A DNA stretch of 64,000 nucleotides from Candidatus Dormiibacterota bacterium. GTDB taxonomy: Bacteria; Chloroflexota; Dormibacteria; Aeolococcales; Aeolococcaceae. Position 1 is the first letter of the stretch. Every line of letters begins with the position of its first letter. Where the stretch lies: contig CAWCZS010000002.1 in the NCBI GenBank assembly GCA_963800175.1, positions 2,393,382 to 2,457,381 on the forward strand, read 5' to 3'. The translations under genes were made by a program, and so were the position numbers. A model generated the notes under the pieces. The model ran no database searches. It saw only the letters and a program-made list of their open reading frames with translations, and was not told the DNA's origin. Positions 21,544-30,388 of the stretch are shown piece after piece.

Positions 21544-22284
21544 TCACAGGTGCAACTCCGCCTCGACACCCGCAAGGATAAGAGGCCGGCCAGTGTCCGC
21601 CACGCGCGTGGCGCGTCGTACATCCCACTCCCAGCCTCGCCGAACCGGGAGGTCGGGAAGTTCGCGCTCGAGGCTCTCGACCATGACGCGTCGATGCGCG
21701 GTGCCGCGCTGCTCGCAGACGATCAACTCGCCGTGTGGAGGCCGCGCGGTTCGGAGCACGTCGATGCTTCTCGATAACAGCGCGGGATCGTCGCGAATGA
21801 CGATGAAGACCCGATCGAACACGGCGCACACCGCGTCGGCAGCCGCACGGGGCGACCGAAGGCTAGTGTGCGCCCACGGATGCCCAAGATCCACAACGAC
21901 CACATCTGCCTCGAGATCGCGCATGGCCGGCGCGATGGACCGAAGACAGTCGCCAATCTCGAGTCCGTAGGTGCTGCGCAGTCCCGGGATAACCCGCAGA
22001 CCGGGACGATCGGGGACTGGAAGAGCCTGCGCGTCGAGCACACTCGCCGTCACCGGCCTATCTCCGAAACAGTTGGCGAGGCCGCGGTCGTCGAGACGCA
22101 GATACAGCAGATCGGCGACGGTGCCGCCTTCCATATCGCAGTCGATGAGTACGACGGATCTCGTCGACGACAACGTCCAGGCAAGGCTCGTCGCCCACGA
22201 AGTCGACGTCTGTCCGGCGCGAGTAGTGCACACACCGAGAAGGAAACTCACGGCGTCGTGGCGCTTCCCGAAAGCCCCTCGCAT
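21544..22284 (-). CDS. ParA/TadZ-like protein with a degenerate Walker A
   Basis: ParA-like layout (VVLIDCDMEGG, VVVVDLG). The P-loop position reads GVCTTRAGQTSTS instead of KGGxGKT. The start is uncertain; the internal ATG at 22284 is used. Confidence 0.5.
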   Translation of the reverse strand: MRGAFGKRHDAVSFLLGVCTTRAGQTSTSWATSLAWTLSSTRSVVLIDCDMEGGTVADLLYLRLDDRGLANCFGDRPVTASVLDAQALPVPDRPGLRVIPGLRSTYGLEIGDCLRSIAPAMRDLEADVVVVDLGHPWAHTSLRSPRAAADAVCAVFDRVFIVIRDDPALLSRSIDVLRTARPPHGELIVCEQRGTAHRRVMVESLERELPDLPVRRGWEWDVRRATRVADTGRPLILAGVEAELHL

Positions 22285-22856
22285 GCATCGCCACAGAGGA
22301 TGTCGATCGCTGTATTCGCGCTGAGCGGCGGCGGCGCGAGTTGCGCGCCGGGAACAGTCATGGCGACATGCAGGGCGACATTCGAAGCGCCGATGGCGAT
22401 CCACGCTGGCTCGTCGGCGACTGGCACCAGAAGAGTGATGGAACCGCCGGATACCGTGTTCACCACCAGGTCACGTCCAACCAAGACCTGTTGACCTGTT
22501 GGTACAGCCGCATAGACGTCGATGTTCTCGCCCGGTGCGAGCGGAGGCGCATCCTCCACCGTGATCGCCACCTGAGATTCGGCCGAAGCGGCGATCAGAT
22601 CGTCGCTTCTCAGGATGTCGTTGGTCGTGAGGCTTCGTACGAAGAGCGCATGAAACGTCGAAGGACCATCGACTTCGAAGTTGAAGTCACCCGATCCCGA
22701 GCGAACCTCAACCAGCTCAACGTTGTTCGAGCTAAATGGAGTTCCGGCGACAACGTCGTGCGTCACGACCCACACGGACGCCGTCTGGGTTGCGTTCATC
22801 TGTTCGGTGTAGACGATCACGCCGAGTACAACAACGATCACCGCGCTGAAAAACAA
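22248..22856 (-). CDS. cpaB: CpaB/RcpC-like Flp pilus assembly protein
   Basis: 202 aa with an N-terminal TM (FFSAVIVVVLGVIVY) followed by a SAF-like segment (VWVVTHDVVAGTPFSSNNVELVEV) and a beta-rich C-terminus. The start codon is TTG. Confidence 0.65.
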   Translation of the reverse strand: MFFSAVIVVVLGVIVYTEQMNATQTASVWVVTHDVVAGTPFSSNNVELVEVRSGSGDFNFEVDGPSTFHALFVRSLTTNDILRSDDLIAASAESQVAITVEDAPPLAPGENIDVYAAVPTGQQVLVGRDLVVNTVSGGSITLLVPVADEPAWIAIGASNVALHVAMTVPGAQLAPPPLSANTAIDILCGDACEGLSGSATTP

Positions 22857-22969
22857 GGCAGCAGCGAGTTCTTCTCCAACTCACGAGAATGCACCCCTCC
22901 CTGAGAATCCCCCCGCCGCCAGGCACGTACCAGCATAGGTCAACGGGCGGTGGACCGTTGCAGACAAGA

Positions 22970-23716
22970 TCATGGAGGCGCAGAACCCCAGCACCGGAGC
23001 CCCGTTTGATCGTGCGGATCCGGGTACCCGGCAGGAAGTTCCGGGCATGGGTCAACCGGATGGCCGTCCTCGAGCACCTCGAAGTGAAGGTGATCGCCGG
23101 TGGCACAACCGGAATCACCTTCGAAGCCAATCGGCTGGCCCACAACAACCGTGGCGCCATCCGCGGCGACAAATCCCTCGAGATGTCCGTAGAGATAGGT
23201 CGTTCCGCCGGAGTCGAGGACGCCATACGTGCCGAGCCCACCGCTGCGACCTACGGGATAGAGGCACGCCACGGGACTGCCGAGAGCGCGGTGAAAGATT
23301 CCATCCGCAACCGCGATCACGAGAGTCTCCGGCGGGCAGACTATGTCGATCCCAGTGTGCGGATGCTCCCATGGCGTATTGCCGTACCCCTGGCTCACAT
23401 ACAGTTTTGGGCAGTTCATCGGAGCTCCGACGACGACGTCGGTCAGTGCGCTGCAGGTGGATGACAATTGCGCGCACGGCTGATCGGTACCCACGCCAAC
23501 CAAAGAGGCCGTCGCCGCAACCAGCGCGCTCCCAACTGCAAGAACAACGACGCCCGCGACAAGAGCGCATGCCGTACATCCAGTGCAGGAGGTGATGCCG
23601 CACGATCGAGCACGACGTCCGCCGCGTCCGGACGAGCCACCGGTGACAGCCGAGGTCAGCGCGCGCAGGGATCGAGCCCGCGAGAGTGCGGCGCCGATTG
23701 CGGCTGAAACGGCCAC
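22970..23716 (-). CDS. M23-family metallopeptidase (cell-wall hydrolase)
   Basis: N-terminal TM, then HTGIDI ... YGHL ... GDSGCATGDHLHFEV (the M23 HxxxD / HxH signature). Confidence 0.85.
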   Translation of the reverse strand: MAVSAAIGAALSRARSLRALTSAVTGGSSGRGGRRARSCGITSCTGCTACALVAGVVVLAVGSALVAATASLVGVGTDQPCAQLSSTCSALTDVVVGAPMNCPKLYVSQGYGNTPWEHPHTGIDIVCPPETLVIAVADGIFHRALGSPVACLYPVGRSGGLGTYGVLDSGGTTYLYGHLEGFVAADGATVVVGQPIGFEGDSGCATGDHLHFEVLEDGHPVDPCPELPAGYPDPHDQTGLRCWGSAPP

Positions 23717-23719
23717 GCT

Positions 23720-26353
23720 TCAGCCCGCAACTGCCGTCGCAGGCTGCGATCGTGGCTCTGGAGACGAGTGCGCGAGTGCAAGGAGCGCCGGCCCCGCAAC
23801 GATCGAGACGACAGTACGCTCGCCACCGGAGAGAAGGACCGCACGTCCTTGGACCGGCGGATTGACTGCCGCCACCTCATCTTCAGTCAACCCGAAGACG
23901 TCCCGGACATCGGCGAGCGCGCCCTCTTCCACGCCGAGAATCAGCTTGGTTGATGCGGTGGCGACCAGGGTTCTTCCCAGGTCGGTACCCACAAAGTCGT
24001 GGACCTGTTGGGAACACATCCACACACCGGCGCCGTGCTTGCGCGCCTGTCGCACGAGTTGACCGAGGACTTCTCCGGCATCCGGGTCGATCGTGATGCG
24101 ATGTGCTTCATCGACAACGACGACCAGGCGCCGATGCGCACGGCCCAGCGCGGCAAGCACGGCCGTCAGGACTACCGCCAACGCAGGTGTCAGATCAGCG
24201 GCGTAAGTCAGAGCAAAAGCTCGCAGACCGATGGCGACGGGACGGTCGCCAACCCGAAATGTGGACGGACGGTCGAACACGCGCGCCCGATCCCCTTGCG
24301 TGAACCGGCGCAGTCGCGCAGTGATGATCCGGCATCGATCCTTCTCGCGTCGGGTCAATGCCTGCGTGACAGAGGTGGTCTCGATGAAGGCAATCAGATC
24401 GTGGATGACCGGCTCGTCTCCTGGGCGGAGTCGGTTCCACTCTCGGAAAAACGATGCGATCTCGCCGTGTACCCACCCCTGGTCCTCGTCCGGCAGTCGC
24501 CGAATCGGACGGCCATCCTTGACCCCCTTCTCATCGCCGGCCATCACGCTCAACACGGGAAGGAGAAGGCTTGCCGCGAGGTCAGGTGCAACGTCGCAAC
24601 CAGGTGCAAGCGGGTTGAGCGCGTCCTCACCTAACTCGAAATGGACGCCCCCAATGGCGTTCATGACGCGCCGGTACTCCGAGTCGGGGTCGATAACAAC
24701 CGCTGATGCACCTTCCATCACGTGGCGCACAAGTAGGGTTTTTGCAGCGACACTCTTACCGGATCCGGAGCTTCCGACGATGACCGCATTGTGGTTGGGC
24801 CTACTCCATATGGAGAGGTACGCCGGAGCGCCAGTGAGTTGGTTGATGCCGACGAGCGGCTGCCGCTGATCCGCAAACGGTGTCCCCAGGGCTGGAACCA
24901 AGCACGCAGCAACAGAGTCGGACGTCAATTGAAGGCTGCGGCCGAGCGGCGCACCACCAGGACTGACTGCGAGCGAAGGCAGCAATCCGGGTGATGTCGG
25001 ATGCACTGTGTCGAACCCCTGCCCTCGCAGAAGGCCGTCGAGACGCTCGACCGCTTCTGCGGCTTTGGACAGGACGGAGTGCCGCACAGCAAAGCTGAGC
25101 GCGATGCGGCATGGAATGAGCTGGCGCTGCGCGATCGCGGCGAGCGCCGCCGTCGTGTCCGCAAGCGCGATCTGATTGTCCACAGCATCGTTGCCTTCCC
25201 GCGCGGTATAGCGCTGCATTGCTGCGCGACGGTTCAGCACCGTGCGCGCGACCGTCGCATCGACTGGCAGCAGGTGCAGGCTCGCGTAGCCTTTAACGCG
25301 GCTCCGGACGAGCGCGTCAACGACAGATCCCGGATGGACCAGCGCCGGGAGGCGTGTCGCGGTGAGAACGATCTGAAATTCGTCGCCGATCCTCACCACG
25401 CCGGTGCCGCTGACGGCGGAAGTCGCCGAACCGAGAACGCTATTGACCACCAGCTCTGCGATGTCATCGCGATCAGCCACTGACGCGACCAGCCCCAAGC
25501 CAGGCGCGGTCCGCAAAGCCGTCTGGAGCGCTCGGGAAGCATCGTCATGGCTGGCCTCGAGCGCCCGGGGGAGCCGTGTAACGCGACTGAGCCACGGAAT
25601 ACCGTCAGAGGCAGCGAGCCCGGGTGCCAACACGACGTAGTGACGCAGTCCAAGGCTCTGCTCCGCGACCCTGCCTGCGAGATCGCGTTCCAGTTCGGCA
25701 AGTCGCGTGGCCGGCCACCCCTTTGTACGCTCGTCAAACGCGGTCTGTGCGCGGTGACTGTCGAAGTTGCTCACGACGCTGATGAGCTGCGCCGGACAGT
25801 CCAGGCCGAGCAGCCACTGCGTCAGGGTTGCGCACCAGCGAGCGTGTGACTCGCTGTTCGGTGAGCCCCCAGGCCCTTCGAGGACGATGACCCCGCGAGC
25901 GCCGCCCGGATTGAGCAGGATCACTCCGGCATCCGCACTGCCGACAATCGGCAACGCGGTGAGGTTCCGAAGTCGCCGCAGCGGCATCGGCCATCGAGTT
26001 TCACGTCGAACTCGGGACACCTGCATCGCGTCACCAGTGCACGTCACGGATGCACGTCGTCCCTCCCCACTAAGTACCGCTGTCGTCATGATGCCGCCGC
26101 CAAGTCGATACAAGAGCCAGGTTCCGAACCAAATGCCGTCACGCATCGGAGCGGCGATCGTGAATGCGAGCATCAACACCGCCATGGCGAGCCCAATCCG
26201 CGAGCCTTCCGACAGTGTATTCAGGCTCATGCACAGGAGCGCAAGTGGTGTTGCGGCGCTGATCAGCACGAGTGCACGCAGCGGTACAAGCATCGGACCA
26301 AATGGCACGCGGATCTGAGCGTCGACTGCGAGAGGGACGCGCACGCCACTCAT
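23720..26353 (-). CDS. virB4: VirB4-family T4SS ATPase with an N-terminal two-TM extension
   Basis: Walker A VIVGSSGSGKSVAAKTL and Walker B RLVVVVDEAHRI, followed by RKHGAGVWMCSQ. The start is taken at the ATG at 26351-26353, which overlaps the TrbL-like stop (ATGA). Confidence 0.85.
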   Translation of the reverse strand: MSGVRVPLAVDAQIRVPFGPMLVPLRALVLISAATPLALLCMSLNTLSEGSRIGLAMAVLMLAFTIAAPMRDGIWFGTWLLYRLGGGIMTTAVLSGEGRRASVTCTGDAMQVSRVRRETRWPMPLRRLRNLTALPIVGSADAGVILLNPGGARGVIVLEGPGGSPNSESHARWCATLTQWLLGLDCPAQLISVVSNFDSHRAQTAFDERTKGWPATRLAELERDLAGRVAEQSLGLRHYVVLAPGLAASDGIPWLSRVTRLPRALEASHDDASRALQTALRTAPGLGLVASVADRDDIAELVVNSVLGSATSAVSGTGVVRIGDEFQIVLTATRLPALVHPGSVVDALVRSRVKGYASLHLLPVDATVARTVLNRRAAMQRYTAREGNDAVDNQIALADTTAALAAIAQRQLIPCRIALSFAVRHSVLSKAAEAVERLDGLLRGQGFDTVHPTSPGLLPSLAVSPGGAPLGRSLQLTSDSVAACLVPALGTPFADQRQPLVGINQLTGAPAYLSIWSRPNHNAVIVGSSGSGKSVAAKTLLVRHVMEGASAVVIDPDSEYRRVMNAIGGVHFELGEDALNPLAPGCDVAPDLAASLLLPVLSVMAGDEKGVKDGRPIRRLPDEDQGWVHGEIASFFREWNRLRPGDEPVIHDLIAFIETTSVTQALTRREKDRCRIITARLRRFTQGDRARVFDRPSTFRVGDRPVAIGLRAFALTYAADLTPALAVVLTAVLAALGRAHRRLVVVVDEAHRITIDPDAGEVLGQLVRQARKHGAGVWMCSQQVHDFVGTDLGRTLVATASTKLILGVEEGALADVRDVFGLTEDEVAAVNPPVQGRAVLLSGGERTVVSIVAGPALLALAHSSPEPRSQPATAVAG

Positions 26354-27897
26354 CCGATTGCTGCCTCCAATGGCGCAGATCCGACGTTGGCCATCGTGTC
26401 GCCGGCGGGTCCCGGCCCCGCGCCCAGCCACTCCGACAGGAAGTTGTTTGCAAAAGCAGCCTGCTGGCGCGGCGGCGTTCTACTCCAGGCAAGTTTTGCT
26501 CGATCACCCGACGACACGGTCCCGTATGGCTGGTCGCGAGTCGCCGCTCCGATGAGCTTGCTGTTCCCAGCACCGAACGCGTTGAAGGCATGCTGCGAAA
26601 ACAACTGCTCTGCTCCTGCGACCGCACTCTGGCCATCGGCGCCCAGTACAGACGCCATGTCGGGCGGCCCGCCTGCGGCAAGCAGATCGATTCCGTGACT
26701 CATCGCGGCGGAGCCACCGCAGGGGCGTGTCTGCGACTCCGGCGAAGCAGGACTCAATCCCTGACTCGCGAGGCCCACTCGCTTCATGAAATTCACCGCG
26801 GAGTTTCCGCCATCGCGATTCGCACCGAGTGCCTCTGCCATGAAGCCGGCGGACGACAATCGGTGGACCGGCGCGACCATGGTTGCCGCACCAGCGGCGA
26901 ATCCCGCGAGAGCACCGCCATGGCTGAAACCACGCCACGTGAGGTGATGAATCATCTTTCCCGCGAACCACAGTCCGCCGCAGATAACAACGACAGCCAG
27001 AAGCGGTCCGACCACAGCTGCAGAGACGACGTGGGATGCGAGAGTCAGGCTCAGGGCGATCGCCATGCCGAGTACGAGCGGCGTGAGGAGAACGCTGCCC
27101 AGAAGGTCGAGCCACCAGTGAAAAAAGCGATTGTTCGAATCAAATACCGCTGTGGCGAGACACAATGGCGCAGCCACAATGCAGAATCCCAGCATGACTG
27201 TGCGGACGATCATGAGAAACGCGGCGTAGAGGATCAAGATGAGAAGCGGTATTCCACCGATGACGACCGCGACCATGTCGTTGCTCGCATGAGTTAGCAC
27301 GCCGTAGACGTGACTGAACCACCCCTGACCCGGCTGTGCACCACTCAGTAGCGACGCATGCAGGATGAGTCCGATCACCGCTCCTGAAACTGCGATGGAT
27401 GCGTCGACACACCACGCGATAGCTGTGTACCCGACGCTGACCTGTGTCCCTGGGATGCCGATCACAGCGACTGCCAGGAGGAAGCGCGGCAAGACCGAGA
27501 GGATCGTCTCCATCGAGCCTGTCCGATGGTCGACGAGTGCGCGAATGATGCGTCCCGCCGCTGCGACTGCTGCGAGCATCAAGGCCGTCGGGATCATGCC
27601 CTTGTACAGCAACTCATAGATCTGCGCGGAGTTCCATTGCTGGCCCGGCTCGCCGATCGTGCCAAGAAACCACGTCTGCAGCTCTGGCGGAAAAAGGGTA
27701 CTTGTGAGCCAGTTGACCGCGTCGGCGATGAAGTGTCCCGTATCGAAAAAGAACCGAAAGAATTGCGTGAGAATCGTCAACGCCCCGCCGAGAACGTTCA
27801 GAACGGCTCCTCCGGCGTCGTATGCGCCATGGAAGAATCCGGCGACATTCTGTAGCCACGTCGCCGGGTTCCACCAGCTCCCTGCCCCGCTTCCCAC
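26350..27897 (-). CDS. Polytopic TrbL/VirB6-like membrane protein
   Basis: 515 aa with 6 or more TM helices in the central 300 aa, plus a Gly/Ala/Ser-rich hydrophilic C-terminal tail. Its position directly upstream of VirB4 is as in TrbL/VirB6 genes. Confidence 0.6.
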   Translation of the reverse strand: MGSGAGSWWNPATWLQNVAGFFHGAYDAGGAVLNVLGGALTILTQFFRFFFDTGHFIADAVNWLTSTLFPPELQTWFLGTIGEPGQQWNSAQIYELLYKGMIPTALMLAAVAAAGRIIRALVDHRTGSMETILSVLPRFLLAVAVIGIPGTQVSVGYTAIAWCVDASIAVSGAVIGLILHASLLSGAQPGQGWFSHVYGVLTHASNDMVAVVIGGIPLLILILYAAFLMIVRTVMLGFCIVAAPLCLATAVFDSNNRFFHWWLDLLGSVLLTPLVLGMAIALSLTLASHVVSAAVVGPLLAVVVICGGLWFAGKMIHHLTWRGFSHGGALAGFAAGAATMVAPVHRLSSAGFMAEALGANRDGGNSAVNFMKRVGLASQGLSPASPESQTRPCGGSAAMSHGIDLLAAGGPPDMASVLGADGQSAVAGAEQLFSQHAFNAFGAGNSKLIGAATRDQPYGTVSSGDRAKLAWSRTPPRQQAAFANNFLSEWLGAGPGPAGDTMANVGSAPLEAAIG

Positions 27898-27917
27898 CCT
27901 CGATGTTCCTGACGATG

Positions 27918-28112
27918 TCAGCGAGAGTCGATGCGCTGTATCGCGTTCGCGCGCACCGGAGATGCTGCCACTCGGTCCGCTACTTCACCCACACGCAGTT
28001 CGCGGGGTCGCAAAGAGGACTCGGCACTTGCGATGCCCGCGTCTCGACGCTGCGCGACGATACTCCGATGCCTCGCGAGTGGAATGGAGAGCAGGTACAC
28101 CGCGGTCGTCAT
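27918..28112 (-). CDS. Small ORF (64 aa) translationally coupled to the pilin-like gene
   Basis: Its ATG overlaps the upstream stop as TGATG at 28110-28114. It has one N-terminal hydrophobic segment (TAVYLLSIPLA). The rest is Arg/Ala-rich, so coding status is uncertain. Confidence 0.3.
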   Translation of the reverse strand: MTTAVYLLSIPLARHRSIVAQRRDAGIASAESSLRPRELRVGEVADRVAASPVRANAIQRIDSR

Positions 28113-28390
28113 CAGCCGACACCGGAGATCGACTTGACAAGCTGTAGTACAAGGATAGCTCCCCCGCCTTTGGTCACCATGTCCACCATGAATGAGCCCC
28201 CACTTTCCCGGTGCTCCATCATTTTGTGGATGCCACTAATAGCCACGGCTGCGGGTATAAGAAATTGCGCCGACGTCAGCAGTGGATTCGCGACACGCGC
28301 GAGCACCTGCTGCGAGAGAGGATCGACGGGTGACGCCGCGCTCAGTGCGCTGAGCCAGTGGATCGTTGCGGTGACTGCTATTAGCAGCAT
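28112..28390 (-). CDS. VirB2/TrbC-like pilin candidate (first gene of the operon)
   Basis: 92 aa: signal-like N-terminus MLLIAVTATIHWLSALSAASP, then two hydrophobic helices (LLTSAQFLIPAAVAISGI and GGGAILVLQLVKSI) separated by a short charged loop (HKMMEHRESGG). This is the T4SS pilin topology. Confidence 0.5.
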   Translation of the reverse strand: MLLIAVTATIHWLSALSAASPVDPLSQQVLARVANPLLTSAQFLIPAAVAISGIHKMMEHRESGGSFMVDMVTKGGGAILVLQLVKSISGVG

Positions 28391-28570
28391 GGCGGATGCT
28401 CCTCAACCCTCGGTCTGGACTAGCCCGCTCGGGGCCGAGTGCTGAACTCTGGGATCGCTGTGCGGACAGCGACCGGACATTGCGTGGGCGTCGCGTATGC
28501 GGCGCGCAGCGCCCGATGGGTCAGAATCTAGAGCAGACCTCGATACGCGCTGTCTTCACGGAGATTCAAG

Positions 28571-29035
28571 ATGTTCACAAGCATTCTGGTAGGTTTCGAC
28601 CGCTCCGAACACGCTCGCGTCGCGCTTTCACAAGCCGTGGACATCGCGCGCACGCAGCAAGCCTCGCTTACCGTCCTGGTTGCGTACAGCACGCTGATGC
28701 CCTGGGGGCCGGTCGCACCGTTGCCACAATCGGCAGTCGACGAATTCGTCGCCGGCGTTCAGAGCGATGCCCAGGCCATCGCGGACGAGGCAAGGAGCAG
28801 CATCCCGGCCGAGGTCCACGCCGAGATACTGGTGGTAGATGCGGCGCCCGCAGAGGCACTCCTCGACCAGTCGGTCACGGGCCACCACGATCTCATCGTG
28901 GTCGGATCGAGGGGACGCGGCGATGCTGAATCCTTCCTGCTCGGCAGCGTGAGTCACGCGGTCCTGAGCCACAGCCGAGTCCCCGTGCTGATCGTGCATG
29001 TTCCCTCGATGGAGAGCTCGCCTCCGGGTCACTAG
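28571..29035 (+). CDS. Universal stress protein (UspA family)
   Basis: 154 aa: ILVGFDRSEHARVAL...DLIVVGSRGRGDAESFLLGSVSHAVLSHSRVPVLIV. Confidence 0.9.
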   Translation: MFTSILVGFDRSEHARVALSQAVDIARTQQASLTVLVAYSTLMPWGPVAPLPQSAVDEFVAGVQSDAQAIADEARSSIPAEVHAEILVVDAAPAEALLDQSVTGHHDLIVVGSRGRGDAESFLLGSVSHAVLSHSRVPVLIVHVPSMESSPPGH

Positions 29036-29148
29036 CGGCGCCAGCCGCCGGGATGGGCTCGAAACACCAGCGAAATGTTCGAGGCAGACGCTGGTGCGAA
29101 TGTCCATCCATGGCTCACCCTGAGCCAGGTACGAGGAGGCGCGGAACA

Positions 29149-30285
29149 ATGGCTGACGTATCCATCAGGAAGCTGGGAATCGGGCTCGCCAGCTCGATCC
29201 TGGCCGGGGCGATTTCCGTTACAGCCGCTGCTGGGGTCGCGGCTAGCACCGTTCGATCCTCTACCGAAGGCACGTATGTCTATACCGAGAGTAACCAGAC
29301 GTCCGCGGACGGTGGCAACGCCGTGCTTGGGTATTGGGTCGGCGCCGGCGGTGCCCTTACTTCCATCGGCAGCTTTGCCACCGGGGGAGACGGCACCGGC
29401 GCCGGGCTCGGCTCACAAGGTGCAGTCACACTCGCCGACGGCGGCCACGCGCTTCTCGTCGTGAATGCGGGATCGAACACGGTCTCCTATTTCCGAATCC
29501 GCCCGAACGGGACACTATGGCTGGTCGACGCCGCTCCGTCGGGGGGCACGGATCCGGTGAGCGTGACCGCTCATGGCAGCTGGGTTGAGGTCCTCAACCA
29601 GGGCAGCAATACCGTCGCGGGTCTTGTGCTGACAGGCGCCGCGCTCGTGCCGTCATCGCATCACGCGGTTCCGCTCTCTTCTGCTGCTGAGACACCTGTG
29701 CAGATCGGATTCACACCTTCAGGGGCGCACGTCATCGTCACTGAGAAGGTGAGCAGCAGCATCGACACCTTCAATGTGACCGCAGACGGCCGTCTCATCG
29801 GGCTACGACACACCGCATCGACAGGTACTGCGCCGTACGGATTCGGATTCAGTGCTGGCGACGAGGCGATCGTTTCCGACGCTGGTGGCGGCGCGGGTGG
29901 CGTCAGCGCAGCGACGTCGTACAAGGTCGGCGCCTTTGGTGTACTTCACCCCATCAGCGAGGTTGGTGAATCACAAGCGGCGGCGTGCTGGCTCGTCGTG
30001 AATGGCGCTGGTGACCGGGCGTACCTCGCGAACGCCGCATCGGGCACGGTTTCTTCGTACAACATCGGGCCTGCCGGACGGTTGGTGCTGCGTTCCGCGG
30101 TTGCGGCGACGGTTGGTGTGCACCCGATCGACGAAGTCGTCACCAGCGGGTGGTTCTTCGTCCTGACAACCACTGAGATCGCGTCCGCGCCGATCACGGC
30201 GGGTGGCGATCTTGGCGCGGTGAACGAATCCGCTGCAAGCGGTCTTCCAGCGGCGGCCAGCGGCCTCGCCCTAGCCACGGCCTGA
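29149..30285 (+). CDS. Secreted lactonase-like 7-bladed beta-propeller protein
   Basis: ATG at 29149 follows an AGGAGG site. It has a signal peptide (LGIGLASSILAGAISVTAAAG). Repeated blades (LLVVNAGSNTVSYFRI, VEVLNQGSNTVAG, AYLANAASGTVSSYNI) are typical of the 6-phosphogluconolactonase-like propeller family. Confidence 0.7.
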   Translation: MADVSIRKLGIGLASSILAGAISVTAAAGVAASTVRSSTEGTYVYTESNQTSADGGNAVLGYWVGAGGALTSIGSFATGGDGTGAGLGSQGAVTLADGGHALLVVNAGSNTVSYFRIRPNGTLWLVDAAPSGGTDPVSVTAHGSWVEVLNQGSNTVAGLVLTGAALVPSSHHAVPLSSAAETPVQIGFTPSGAHVIVTEKVSSSIDTFNVTADGRLIGLRHTASTGTAPYGFGFSAGDEAIVSDAGGGAGGVSAATSYKVGAFGVLHPISEVGESQAAACWLVVNGAGDRAYLANAASGTVSSYNIGPAGRLVLRSAVAATVGVHPIDEVVTSGWFFVLTTTEIASAPITAGGDLGAVNESAASGLPAAASGLALATA

Positions 30286-30388
30286 GGCGAAAGCGTAGAA
30301 GCCCAACAACACTGACCCAAATCGCTTCTGGACGCCGTGCGGCAGCTCGCCGCACGGCGTCTCGGCGACTTTCGCAGAATGGTGAGCA

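Noticed and set aside
13562-28390. Interpretation as a conventional ICE, conjugative plasmid segment or prophage
   Set aside because: No integrase/recombinase, relaxase, replication gene, tRNA target, terminal direct repeats or phage structural genes are visible in or next to the block. This cannot be excluded beyond the window.
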